NCBI GenBank assembly: GCA_964252035.1
Contig: OZ176205.1
DNA length: 64,000 bases
From: Podarcis erhardii
Lineage: Eukaryota
Direction: 5' to 3' (one strand)
A program made the translations under genes and the position numbers. This document shows positions 21,214 through 34,200 of the stretch, piece by piece (within the stretch, counting starts at the first letter, position 1; each line of letters opens with the position of its first letter). Under the pieces are notes generated by a model. It had not been told where the DNA came from and did no database searches. It saw nothing but the letters and a program-made list of their open reading frames with translations.

Positions 21214-22435
21214 GGGAAGTGGATTCTGTGCTGCCCAGTAATGAACTATGTCCTCTCATAACATGTGAGGGAAGACTAAACAAGCTTGCTGAGCTTTCCT
21301 TAGCCATGATCCCCCTCATCGTAGCATGAGGGTTAAGCAGCCTGACCTGCTCTTTTACACCTTGGCTCATGAGTATGATACTTGTTTTGTATTAATATTA
21401 TATGTACACTGAAGTCTGGTCTTACTACTCCACGACAGCTGCTAGATCTTATTTGGCCAGTTGCTATGAAGCAGCTCAGAGATGGCCTTGAGTGTTAATC
21501 TTGACCTTGGTCTTCTACAGATCATTGCGGTTAGTAAAATAAGTGATGTTGGATATCATTCCTGAGTCACAGAATAGTCAAATTATTTTGTAATAACCGT
21601 TTTTTTAAAAAAAAATATGGACCTGAAAAATATCAGTTGCAAAGCTGTAATAATCTCATATTACTTGCCAAGTGCCTTTTGCCTTCTACCTGTAACATGC
21701 TCTCCAGGGGTTACCTTCAATACGTTTTGAGGAGCTATAGAAGCCATGAAGGCTTTAACTGAAATAAACTAGGCAAAGTTAACTTATAACATGCTTAGGA
21801 ATGTTACTGTTAAGCAATGCTTGATGATGTAGTAGATCTTCTTGGAAGAAATGCCCCCCATCTACCACTAATACAATACTGAACTGTTACAGTTGTAGGC
21901 ACTGAAGAATGCAAAGATGAAGTTACTATGTTATAGCATAGAAGCATAAATGCTACAACAGCCTGTGTCAAAACGTAAACCCTCCATGTAGCATTAGTAC
22001 TTATTTTATTAAGGAGATATTAGTATGGATATACTTGGACTCATAACAGCTCATAGCAGCATTTGCCATAAACTGGTGGGACTGGGGAAAGAAAGCATAC
22101 TTTGTAACATAACTAGCACCTTAAGTAAATATTACTTCAAACATAGATTAAATGCACTTCTCAAAATCTGAATTTTAACTGAACCATGTTAACTTGGGAA
22201 GGAGTTCCTAGCTCCTAAATTGGCAACATGCATATATAGTTTAACAAATTACTACAGTTTAGCATCTTTGCTTTATTTATTTTATTTGAAGAGGCCTCCT
22301 GTAGAGAATGTAAGTAACAGGCAAGTCCTAGAAGACTAGTGTGCCATCTTTGTAAACTCAGACTCTTGGCATGTCGTACACGCATTATGTGCTGCACTGA
22401 GAGCAGCAATTTCATTCACTTTTATGTCCTTTAAA

Positions 22436-22455
22436 AATAAAGTGCATTCTTTATT
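22436..22455. terminator. Opposed poly(A) signals AATAAA(+) 22436-41 and AATAAA(-) 22455-50
   Basis: AATAAAG-TGCATT-CTTTATT. The minus-strand hexamer is the first canonical one after the PIF1 stop. Confidence 0.5.
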
Positions 22456-22787
22456 ATTCAGTGTGTCAAACTCTTGCCATAGGTACAATACTGTCAATGC
22501 TGATGTTTGCATTAAAAGACTTCTTGAAGGTGTGATAGCAGAACATCTTATTACCGTCCTAATAACAGATTTTGGTTAAAAAATTGACTTATTTTCATCT
22601 CTTGAACTATGATAGCCTGTGGAAAATGTTTCCAGGATGTTGTTCTACTGCTAGAAAACAGAATGATCCTGGAAGTATCAGGAGCTGCAGTGCAGAAAAT
22701 CCACGAGCTGATTCTCCATGGAAGAAGTTTCCCACTTAGTGGTGTAGATTCAATAAAAGTACAAGGAGCAATAAAAATATGTAAAGT

Positions 22788-25700
22788 TCAGGCAGCTTCT
22801 TCATTTTCTTTATTGCCTTGAATAGAGGAGTGCAGCAAAGCCTAAAGAACAAAAGTAACAAATTATACACAGCAACTCACACTTTGTATGATTCCCCCAG
22901 GGGTGGAGGAAGGTGTCGCCACTGAGGGGGGTGACAAAATGCAGGGTGGCACTCAACACGGGGCCTGCAGCGCACCTGAGCCATGTGTCTCTCCTGGGAG
23001 TGACACAATGGCTTGGGCGCCCACAGGCTCCACACTGCCCCAAACAGTCCGCCTGCCACCTCTCCCTCAGCTGTAGGGCGGCTGAGTGGGAGGAGGCAGG
23101 CAGACTCCTCAGAGGCCCCACAGAGCGTCCTGCCCCGGCTTGGGTGGCCCCACCCCTGGGCACAGGGCATGTGTGCCTCCTCAGGCACCCAATCAGCTTG
23201 CTCCGCCACTGATCCCCCGGGCGGGGGGGGATTTCTGCCATATGGAAGGAAGGGGCAAGGATTCACTATGACCTTCCGCTACTTTTTTCTTTAATAAAGT
23301 ATGGGCTTGTAACAGTATATTTTTCTTTGAAGAGGGAAATGTAGGGAAGATACATTTTGCAATTAGGGCTGCAGACAGATAATCGCTCAAGAACATTGTG
23401 TCTTTTTCAGGGTTACAGAGGAATGGTGGCCAGATATCCCTAATTCACAATGCCATTAGTCACCTGTGGCCCTTGTTCCAGGCTCCTATATTGCCGTTCC
23501 TTTCTCCCACCCTCCTCTCTTTGCAGTTTATACAACACAAAATCAGAATGTCTACGTTGCAGGTGGCTATGGTAGCCTAGTGGCAGATTATCACTTTACC
23601 TGGCTTAGAAATTTTTCTCTCTTCAAGTGCTTGTAGAACTGCAACACATATGGATTGGCTCTCACTACCTTGGGATCAAAATCCAGAACACGAAGACCTG
23701 CAAGGCTACGTGCTCGAGAAAGTGCTACATAAGCCTGGCCAAATTCAAAAACACGAGCCAAGGAAATCTCAACGCAGTCCAGAGACATACCCTAGGAAAA
23801 GAGAAAAAGTCAGGAAGCAGATACTCCCTAGTTATTCTGATAAGTATGTGCACCCCCAGTACAGTAAAGTACCTATATATTTTATGTATGATGCTTGATT
23901 CCGCAAAATGGGTACCAGGCAAATAGGAAGAATTAACACTGCTGAACAACATTTCCACAGTTCCCTCACCCTTTATATTTTTGTTTGCAGGGTGGTGTGA
24001 TTTTCCAGTGTTTCTAGAATAGCCACATGTTGCAAGGAAAACAGCTTGTGTTTGATTGGTGTACAAGATTGGTCTGCCTAGATTCCACTGACTTTTAATT
24101 AATCGGGGGGGGGGGGCACAAGACACATGAGCAGATTCTTACAGATCCCCCATAGATGTGGGGCCCAACTGGTAACATCCCAGAACCATAGTAACTTGGG
24201 TGGGAGCTTTAGTACAGATAAACCTAGATAAACAAGTTCCTTACAGATGTCCCATTATGGACCATTTTTACAGTCTTGAGTTCTTGTACAGAATATCACA
24301 CAATGTATCACTAACCTGGCTCTTGTGGATGGAAATGGCCCAGGCAAGTTTCAGCGGCAGCTGCTGGCGACTCAGATAAATTCCTGCTGGTCCCTTTAAA
24401 ACCCATCGTTCCAACCCAACAACATTAGTGACACCACACAGAAATCTCACTTTCGGTAGCCCTGTAGAAAGAGAGCCGAGTCAGAACTTTGATCTCCTAT
24501 GCCCAGGAGTAAGGGGCGGGTAACCTCCCAAATATCAATTGTCTTTAAGGAGATATTGCAAGGCAGCCTAGAACTCATCCACTTGAGTTATTGTAAATGG
24601 GACACCGGTAGAATAGCAGCTCATGTACAAAATACTGGATGGCAAAGACCAGAAACTGTGTCTCAAAAAATCCTCCACCTCTGGCACAGTGCAGAGGCAC
24701 CTACCAAAGTTTCATTGTGAATCTAGAAGAGCAGTTCAGACACAGTCTAAAGAACACCCAGTCATGGGTGATAAGTGCATCTGTCAGAAACTAACCTTTT
24801 CCTTCTGTTTCAAATCCAATCACAACTCCACGAGCCCCATTCACAAGACCCTGGGACACATCAAGATTCTTAGTAAGCATCACCTAGTGAAAGAATGTAA
24901 AAATTACTGATGAAGAAAAACAGCTTTCACCTATCCAGTCAGTTGACTTTATTGTACATAGTCAGCATTAACAGTAGAGTCTCAAGAACTGCCACTGAAA
25001 ACAAACAAGAATGTCCCCACCCTGTTCCTCGGGTAGGGAATGCCTCATACTTGTTTGGATGTTATTCACTGTATACACTTTTATCCTGCTTTTCAAGAAG
25101 GCAGCACACAAGGTAGATAACCAAACAAACAGTGAAATATTAAATACATATATATGAGACCGGGGGGGAAACAGTAATCCGTCTAATAAAGTGAATAATG
25201 TGTTGGAAATGGTAACTGGCCTCAGTTAAACTTTAATGTTACAATACAATCTCAGTTAAACAGCATCACAGATTTGCCACCCATATTTAACAGCTGGGTG
25301 CAGCTCTTAAAAGACAAGGACTGTGGCATTTGGCATGGCCTGACTTCCCAGTTTTAATATTTAAAAGTTATCAAAAGCAGTGCACAACCAACTCAAAGAA
25401 AGCAAATGGAAGCCACTAGGGTCCATAAGAGTATCATTTCACTCAGCTGATACTCTAGGTTCTGTCAAGTGACAATCTGTCCAACCTAGCCATGGCAGTG
25501 GTTGTAACAATTCCTGAGAAGCTATAATCAGTGCTGGCCAGCCATGCATTTGTAAGAGAGAAATCAGTACTGTATTAATAGAATGCAAGGAGTAACTGAA
25601 TTGCTCAGCAGGCAAAATACTGAGCACATATAAATAGCTTGCAGATGTGTCCAAGCCTATAGCTCTGACATTCCAAGCTACAGTCAACAATTACCTGTAA

Positions 25701-28700
25701 GTGCCACCATGACTCCCTCAAATGAACTATATAATAGATATTTGTTATAGAAACCATTCATTTTACGATTACTCTGCTTGCCTGCTCCTGTAAGATCCAG
25801 CCAGCATTTGCCTGTAACTCTTTATGCTGTCATATTCTGCATCAAGAGGACTCCAGTATCCTGGGGTTGGGGACCCCTTTTGTGAGACCCCATGGGAAAG
25901 GTGGAGAATACAGGACTGTGGCGCTAGTGTGAGAAGTAGATAACATAAAAACCTTCCCCCCCCCCAAAAAAAAAGCAAAATTCCATTGCCTACTAAAGAA
26001 CCACCTCTCGCTTGGGCAATGCTCACCTGGGCACCTTGCTTAAGTTCAATGTTGCTGCTTACTGGACACTGTGCATCAAGAGTTTTCACCAGTACAGGGT
26101 CACTATCCACTGCCTTGAAGGACCTTCGTTCTCCTAGAAAAGATGTGAAAAACTTGCATCCCTCCTACCTGATGTGTTTTGAAAGGGTTTCTTCCCAATA
26201 GCTCAGCTGCATGTAGGGGGCTCTGTTTCATCCTTCCACAGCCCCAGGTGTTGTGAGCTCCAAGTATTAGGGCTCTGCCCACTATTCTGAAAGCATAATT
26301 CTGTAAACTTCCAGAATTCCAGACAATACGTATCATAATATGTTTCCCATTTCTGCAGATATCAGCAACAGAAGAAAATATTATAAAATAAATAAATGTG
26401 TCCTTGTATTCACCTATCAAAAAGCAGTGGCAAGAATATCAGGACTGGAAAACCTAATTGTTGGTGTCAGTGGGATGTATTGCCTAATTTTATAATGGTC
26501 TCATGTTGTTTTATTCAGAAAGAAGAGGGGCAGGGCAAGTTCCCAAGTGTTGGTTCCCAGCTCTTAGCTGAAAGTCAGTCTCTAAAAGGAAAGGGCTACT
26601 TGTCACAGTTGGAGTCATTGCAGCATTCTCACCAGGCAACTCATCCAGCCTTTTAGCATTTGTGAGCTCCACATCATCCTTGTGCGTGCACAACCGGGTA
26701 GCCAAGATTCCATCTTTCTCCACCCGATGGGTAGCTGTTAGAGTTAGCTGTCTGGTAACCTCCTCTGTGCATCTGAATGGGGACAATTAAAATTAAGAAG
26801 ACATTTGTATCTGATGAGAAACATTGAAGACCAAGAAGAACTATCAAGCTTGCTACTGTGCCCATTCAAATTACTTTCCATGAGAACACGAGGCCGTAAC
26901 CAGAACCAAAACATGGAGATCAACTCTGTGCATCGCTAGTATGTGAGCGAGGATGCTTGCAGGTGAAGGAATACCCCAGCAAACACAGTACCTCTAAATT
27001 CCCCATTCCTCCAAACCCAGTGTCTCCCAGCATTTCTCCATGGTTCCTCAAAGAGTACTTGACCCAAATTTCAAACAGTGCAATGAGTTTAAAGGAAGTA
27101 TTGGAGCAGGCCAGCCAACTTGACAGAAGCAGCTATATCAGCATTCAAATGTTTGGTGATGTCTCTCTAGACATAGGACTTCCACCCCAAGAGATTAGAA
27201 TCTCCCCAGCCAGATATTCTGCTGGGGGACGATGGCATCTCACCTGCCCAGGCGGACAGTATGCAGAAGAGAAATGAAGTCCCTGTCAGTCTGCCTCCGC
27301 ACCTCTGTCAGCTCCATGTTCAGATGGATACACTTGCGCCAGCTCTTTGCCTGTGAAGGAAACCCTTTGATCAAACTATAGCTCAGCCTGTGACAAGAGC
27401 ATGCAGTGACAAAGAGCAACAGCAGCACACCTGGAAACAGAACCTGGGCTGCTCGGAGGATTTGCTGACAGGAGGCAGCTGCAAGAAGTCTCCACATACA
27501 ATGAGTTGGATTCCTCCAAATGGATCCTCACATTTCCTGACCGCTCTACCAAAAGAGAATGGAGACACCTTCAGGGAGCTGATTTTATTCTGGTCCAAGA
27601 GAAAAGAAATGCAATACCCTAGACCAAGGATGGGAAGCCTGTGGCCCTCCAGGTGTTGTTCTACTGCAGTTCCCATGATGCCTGGCTGTTGGTCATGCTG
27701 CTTGGGACTGATGGGAATTGTAATCCAACTGCATCTGGAAGATTCCCTGTTCCTGTTTCCCTTGCAACACTTACACATGCTCTGCATATGCTAAGACAGA
27801 GTAACAAATATAATTCAGTTCTGCTACTCTCTGTGGCTGCAACCCCCCCTTCTAGGACCACATTATACTTAAGGAGTCATTTTAAAACTATTGTGCATGG
27901 ACAGGAGCATGGGAAACAGACAGGACTGAAGCACAGAGATTGCAATGCTGACTGGTGGCTCTGGGTGGGCACTGGCCACAGCGTTACCAAAACTAGATGT
28001 GGGACTGAAGAGAATACATGGGCAAAGCTGTGAGTGTGAGACTGTTTGCTGCAGAATTGCATCAAGTGCCTGCTTAGGCAGAACTTTAAAACAACTATGC
28101 AGTGTTTTGTCTTCTGCCCTATTAATACCCTCTCCAAAGCCATGTACACACAGGATTAATGCAAGTGCAGCAATATCCCCCAAAAGGAAGGTTCCACCCA
28201 CCTAGCTACTGCCTCCAGTTTATCAAAGAAATCCCCCTCCACCATAGAGATTTCATCTATGATCAGATGGCGGCTGTTCAGCCATTGCTGCCGAATTCCG
28301 GGTCTCTGAGCCAGCTCAATGCACTGATGTAGGGAGGCCTTTCCGGACCCAATACCTATCAAAGGAGAGGGGAAAGAGTATGTCAGCAGTAACCCACCAC
28401 TAGGCCCTTTTCCGCTTCCCTCCTTTCCCAGGATCCCAGTTACCTGCAAAGGCATGGAGAGTAGTGCCACCAATCTGACATGCTGCCACCCCTGTGCTGG
28501 CTGTGGCGTAAGTGCTGTTTGGAGGCAGCGAGGCGATGATCTTTTTCAGCAGGTAGGATTTTCCAGTCCCTACAGAGAGAGCCCTTGTATTTAGAGGCAC
28601 ACAATCTAAATTTTAGTTTTACAATTACTCCAGCACCATTCATACTTCCCTTCAAAGCAGAACTATTTAAATGGCAAGAGGGTAGCGCTGTGGGTAAAAC

Positions 28701-30854
28701 CTCAGCGCCTAGGACTTGCCGATCGCATGGTCAGCGGTTCGAATCCCCGCGGCGGGGTGCGCTCCTGTCGTTCGGTCCCAGCTCCTGCCCACCTAGCAGT
28801 TTGAAAGCACTCTTAAGTGCAAGTAGATAAATAGGTACCGCTTTACAGCGGGAAGGTAAACGGCGTTTCCGCGTGCTGCGCTGGTGCTGGCTCGCCAGAG
28901 CAGCTTCGTCACGCTGGCCACGTGACCCGGAAGTGTCTCCGGACAGCGCTGGCCCCCGGCCTCTTAAGCGAGATGGGCGCACAACCCCAGAGTTGGACAC
29001 GACTGGCCCGTGCGGGCAGGGGTACCTTTACCTTTTACAGAGAGAGCCCTTGTATTTAGAGGCACACAATCTAATTTTTAGTTTTACAATTATTCCAGCA
29101 CCATTCATACTTCCCTTCAAAGCAGAACTATTTAAATGGCAAGAGGTAGATGCAAAACTTGATCAGTTTTAGAAGTGACACCTAGATTGTAAATCAAAGT
29201 CAACTCAATGGTACCTGCCTCTCATAAATCTCCACCTGCCCCATGCCACTACCCCAAAAAAGAGAGACTTCAGAATCACCAACTTTACATACCTTAAATT
29301 CCAAGTTTGTTCAATCCTGGAAGGAATGTGAGATTCCCACCATAGTAGATGACGCCACTACCACCTCTAACCTGCAAACACATAGACCCTCCTTGACCCT
29401 CTTCTCTCACCAGCACTGCCTGTGAAGAAAACATTCTTCCCACTCAGCACTGCATTCAACACCATTGACTGTTCCTGGGAGAGTTTTGCTCGGGAGCACA
29501 TGGACCAAGTCTTCTTCACCTGCTGCTTTTCAGCCACCTGAAAAGAGCACAGAAATCTGCCTTATGCTGTGTCAGACCAGTGGCTCATCTTGTTCAGTAC
29601 TGTATCCACTGACTGGGAGCAGCTTCAGACAGGGGTGTTTTTTAGCCCCACCTGGAGATTATGTGGGTTGAACCTGGGACATTCTGCCTGCATAATAGAA
29701 CTTAACACATCCCCCAAAAGGCAAACTCTTCTGAATCCAAAGTGCTCATGAGAATTTTCCTCCCATCTCTCTTGATTACAGCAGCCAGAGAGGAAAATGC
29801 CTCTCTTATCCAGAGGGATAGTTCTTTGAATTTCAATTGGACCAAAAAAGTCTTACGTTCAAATAAAAGAATAATTTGACCTTGCCCATACTACTTTGGA
29901 GGTTCTGCTCAGGTATCTGCCAGTAAGACCAGTATGCATTGGAGAAAGGGCCTACTCTGTGGTGGCCTCAGTTATGGAACTTGCTAAGTGAGTTTCTGAA
30001 GTGCTTAAGGAGTGCATGAATCTGTCACTTTGCATAACCACAACTTCAGCATCTGGGATTAGCAGGTGAGCAGGTCCACTTCTCAGGAACTAGCCACCAC
30101 TCTCATGCCAAGTATGGGGAACCTCCGGGTATCCTTGGACTCCAACTCCCAGCAATCCCAGCTAGCACTGACAGGCCAGGGGTGATGGGGGTTGGAGTCC
30201 AACAATACCTGGACGGCCAGAGATCCTTTTGTTATGGGCAGATTCAACTCCCAGCTAGATCATGCTTTCCGGCAGAAGCCGCCTCACCTGTTTCCCTTCG
30301 ATGGACTCACTCCGGATCCGCTTCCGAGACGCGCAGCGTAAGGACTGACCTTTCCGCGGGGTGCTTGTCACGTCAGTCAGAGCCTGCCGGGCGCTCGCCT
30401 GCTGCAAGTCGCGAGTCTGCACCGGGCTCACCGTGTCGAACGTCCGCGGCAGGCTGGCGAGAAGCCGCGTTCGCTCGGCCACAGGCTTGGTCCCCCTCTG
30501 GGCGGCTGCGTGCTTGATGCGCAGCGTGTGGACGAAGCGGCGCAGCCGATCCGGAGGACAATTAGAGAGCAGCAGCTGCACGTGATTGTGGTTTGCACCG
30601 AGCTGCACCGAGCTCTTCCCCTCCTTCACGAAGCGTGTGAATAGCCGCACTTCACCCCGCCGCAAGGGGAAGTTCTGGGGGCGCCCCGGACCGCTGGCGC
30701 TGGCCACTTGCAGCACCAGCTCCTGGAACTCGTCCCGGCCCAGCGTGACCCAAGCATCGCGGAGAAGTACACGATTCGGGGCTGCTGCAGCACCCAGGTG
30801 CTCGATCGCTACGGTGCAGCGAACCCGACCGTCCGCTTCGGAGCCTGGTTGCAT
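22788..30854 (-). CDS. PIF1: ATP-dependent DNA helicase PIF1, 640 aa. Exons (-): 30854-30288, 29537-29411, 28569-28444, 28355-28202, 27545-27431, 27350-27244, 26772-26633, 26133-26027, 24883-24796, 24461-24316, 23791-23600, 22841-22788
   Basis: PINT-like N-terminus ([28 protein letters not shown]), Walker [73 protein letters not shown]. All introns GT-AG; 1923 nt in frame. Confidence 0.98.
22898..23211. mobile_element. GC-rich MITE (probable hAT) in the last PIF1 intron
   Basis: Imperfect TIRs CAGGGGTGGAGGAAG / CTTGCTCCGCCACTG. Similar termini at 53914-54067. Confidence 0.6.
28682..29035 (+). mobile_element. Sauria SINE, near full length, flanked by 111-bp direct repeats (28571-28681 and 29036-29146)
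   Basis: A-box GGTAGCGCTGTGG, B-box GGTTCGAATCC 28736-46, internal AAGTGCAAGTAGATAAATAGGTACC, BovB-like tail CCCCAGAGTTGGACACGACTGG, terminal CCTTTACCTTT. CpGs are retained. Confidence 0.93.
30113..30220. mobile_element. Degenerate palindromic hAT MITE
   Basis: GGACTCCAACTCCCAGC..GGGGGTTGGAGTCC inverted pair; same type as 12271-12406. Confidence 0.55.
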
Positions 30855-30899
30855 TCCGTCCGACTGATAACGAGGAGGCAACGCAGAAGTTGAGACCAG

Positions 30900-31272
30900 C
30901 TAAAATGTCTGTACTGAAAAGATGCCGTATTCTTGCTGCCTTTCGCTTTCGCGTTGATTTCGGCAGCCACTTATTTCTCCCATGTGCCTAAGTACGGTAA
31001 CTCTTCCAGCCGTGCCTTAGCTTCTGCCGCAAGCAGATTCAAACCTTTAACGGGGGTCGCAGCAGCCAATCAGCGCTGCGGGAGATTTAACTCCTCGGCC
31101 AATGAAATAGAGAAGGGGCGCGGTCAGAATCCCGGCGTAACTTTCGGCTGCGACGTTCCGCTCGGTTGCTAGGATACGAAAAGGTGGGGAAACGCCGCCC
31201 GCAACATACACAAAGGGCATTTCGGGGCGCTCCGGGCACGTTCTAAATAGTCTCCCACCCGGTTAGCGGCAG
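30900..31272. promoter_or_regulatory. CpG-island bidirectional promoter PIF1/CFAP144
   Basis: CHR TTTGAA on the minus strand (31043-38); CCAAT boxes 31066-70 and 31099-103, 33 bp apart; RFX X-box GTTGCTAGGATAC 31165-77. Confidence 0.75.
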
Positions 31273-34200
31273 ATGGCAGGAGCCGCGCGGGTCCCAAAGG
31301 AACCATTGGACCCAGTAAGCCAGAACAAGATCTTCTGTGAGACGGTCCGGAAGGAGCTACGATGCCAGCGCCTGCAGACGGAATACGCGATGAACCCCCT
31401 GATGACGGGTACGGGGGTACCGGGGGGAGGGGAGAGACTTCTCCCCTTCTCATGGGCAGACGGAGCTTCCCAGTTAGGTCTATGGGAGTCCCCTGGCTCT
31501 TGACTCCAGCTGGCTCTAGTTTCCCCCCTTTCCACAAATGAACCGTGTTTGGGTGCTGGTTGTCATAAGTTTCTAGAAGGTCAAGTCACTTGCTGCAAAC
31601 TAAAATATAAAAAAAAACACCAACCACCACCAGAGGGGTTTGTGGCACTTTAAAGAGTGTGATCCACAGGTTTCTGACCCACACACACATCTGTGTAAAG
31701 GAGGGAAATTTGTAGGTTGGAAACAAGTAGCAAAGGAATGCAAAAGCAGTACTGTATTGGCAGTTGAATTGGAGCTTAAAGGTATGCAGACTGACCCTCA
31801 CAGCAGCAGCAATTTGTGATATCACATAAAGTGCACTTTAAATGCCCAAGCAGAAATATGAGCTGCAATATGAGCTGTTAGATCTCCATAGGATCAGGGG
31901 CGTTTAAGAGGTGCAACAACTAAAGGAGAGGGGCTGTAGCTCAGTGCCTTAAGAAGGTCTCAGGTTCAATTCCCAGCATCTCTAGAGGTGAGGCTGGGAG
32001 AAAATCCTGACTGAAATCCTGGAGCTGTTGCCAGCTGGTGTGGACAATACTGTGTTACATGGACCAATAGTTTGACTTGGTATAAGGCAGCTTCCTGAAT
32101 TCCTAAACCACATTCTCAGTGCCAAACTGAATCAGGAGGGATTCATAGAATAGAGCCATTTGTTGGTAATATCTTTGCAGTTCTCTGTGTGCGTGGATTT
32201 GCAGTCCTAAAACTCAGTCAATAAGACTGAGCCGTTTCATAAACACGTCAAAAAAGTGTTGTTACAATATCCATACTAAGGATATGTTCACATTACTACT
32301 TTCTCCCCATCCAGGGCACCCACTTCTTTTTGAAGCCGCATTCACACGATGTTAGCCACAATCCATACTGATCTTGTACTTTGACAAATACTATTGTTTG
32401 ATGCATTTCCTAGCCCCTCTCCCAAATTAGCTGTAATCTGGCTATTAAATGTGAACATTTGAGACAGCTATCTCACATGCCCAGATGAGCACACTTATAC
32501 AGATGACAGCTTCATGAATAGGAGTTGGAAGGTGGGGATTGCAGGGGCAAGAAATCGAAAAGATGTCACATGTGGGGAGACAACCCCGCCCTATCTCTGA
32601 TGTGAACACCACCATGCAAATGCAGCTTTAAACACAGCAGCAGGGGCAATGGCCTTGCTGCATTTTAAGCCACTAACATAAACATACCCCAACAGGCCTA
32701 CTCCTCTGGAAACTGACATATTACACAAATCTCTCTAATAGTTTTGATCCCAGGGGCCAGTCTTTTCCTCTAAAATGATGCACTGGCTTTGTAGTGTCTC
32801 CCATGCCTATCTGTGGGACCCCCAAAAGTTATGCAACAGTTGTCCCCCAAATATCCTTGTGGTTCTTTGAAAACCTGCATTTAAGAAAAAGGCCTAAATT
32901 CCTGCCAAAGACGGGTGGTGTGGGGAAAGAAGAATGATAAATTTCTAAGCTTTGTTAGTTTTCCTCTGCCCTTGCTTAAGGTTATCTAGTGATTAATTTG
33001 CCTTATTTTGCTTTTACCTTTAGTTTACACCATAACTCGAAAGCCTACCTCTTGGCATGATAACTTAGAGGAACCTGCAGATGGTAAGCACATGCTTTTA
33101 AACAGTTACATTTAAGTTAGTGAAACAGAGAGGAGTCATTTATGAAATGTTTTCCAGCATGGATCAAAGAAGGCAAAGTATGTAGCACCATACTGAAGTT
33201 TAAACGTCAAACTTCACTCTCTTTCTCCCTCTGTAAACCAAAAAGCATTATACTATATAATCTGCAATGGAATGTGGCAAGAGACAGCAGATAGCTCCAA
33301 TTTTTGTATTTCTTGTTTTTGGGATCGATCTTTTATTGGATCAATTCCTTTCCAAGTATGTTGGAGTGTTGAAACTTTCAAGTTAAGAAAAAAGTCACTG
33401 CCATTATGTTTATTTCTTAATAATGATATATTTTTGCAAATATTTAAAAGCACAAGCTTCAATATTCAAAGCAACAAACCCCAACTTACCTAGCCACACA
33501 GTGATACTATCAAATTTCACTTCCAACTTAATATTATGTCACTAGATTAGTTCCCATTTCATCTGTTTAATTCTTTACCTTTCTAAGGGTTCTGAGAGAC
33601 CTAAATGGTGCTTGTTATGTTGAAATGCCTTTATCCAGGATATTGGTTTCAGGATGGACACTGGTTTGTGGCCTTTTTGTAACTTGAATTCTTGCCAGCA
33701 AATACTGTTGTAATATAGTTAAGCCTTTTGGAACAACAATGAAGTTAGCTTAAGGCCAGTGACAGCTAACCTTTTTGGAAGGGTAAAATGTAGAGCAGCC
33801 AAGAGGACGTGTCTTTGGGAATTGAGGTTTTCTGCAACCTCTATTAAATTATACAAAATACTGTAGTCATCCAATTTTACCAGAACAATGCAGGCCTCCT
33901 GTGTGCCTTAGAGAAGATGTGAACTTCTCTGAAGATCTTTTCCAAGCTTCATTCTCCTGTCATGCATCTACAGAGCGAGAGCATGGCAGCATAGGCATTA
34001 GCATGCAGTTGCTATACTCTGTGCAGAAGAGCAGTGCCTGGAAATCTAGAATTAGGGCCAGGGTACAAGACTTACTGGAAATACAGTGGTACCTCTGGTT
34101 AAGTACTTAATTCATTCCGGAGGTCTGTTCTTAACCTGAAACTGTTCTTAACCTGAAGCACCACTTTAGCTAATGGGGCCTCCTGCTGCTGCCGCGCCGC

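Noticed and set aside
23000-24120. G-runs in the gene for the G4 helicase PIF1 as an autoregulatory G-quadruplex
   Set aside because: The runs belong to a common MITE and isolated poly-G tracts, which occur equally elsewhere in the window.
30855-30881. N-terminal extension MPPRYQSDG of the PIF1 ORF
   Set aside because: It starts at TTG inside a pyrimidine tract and acceptor (..TTATCAG). The first ATG is at 30854 and gives 640 aa, matching ortholog length.
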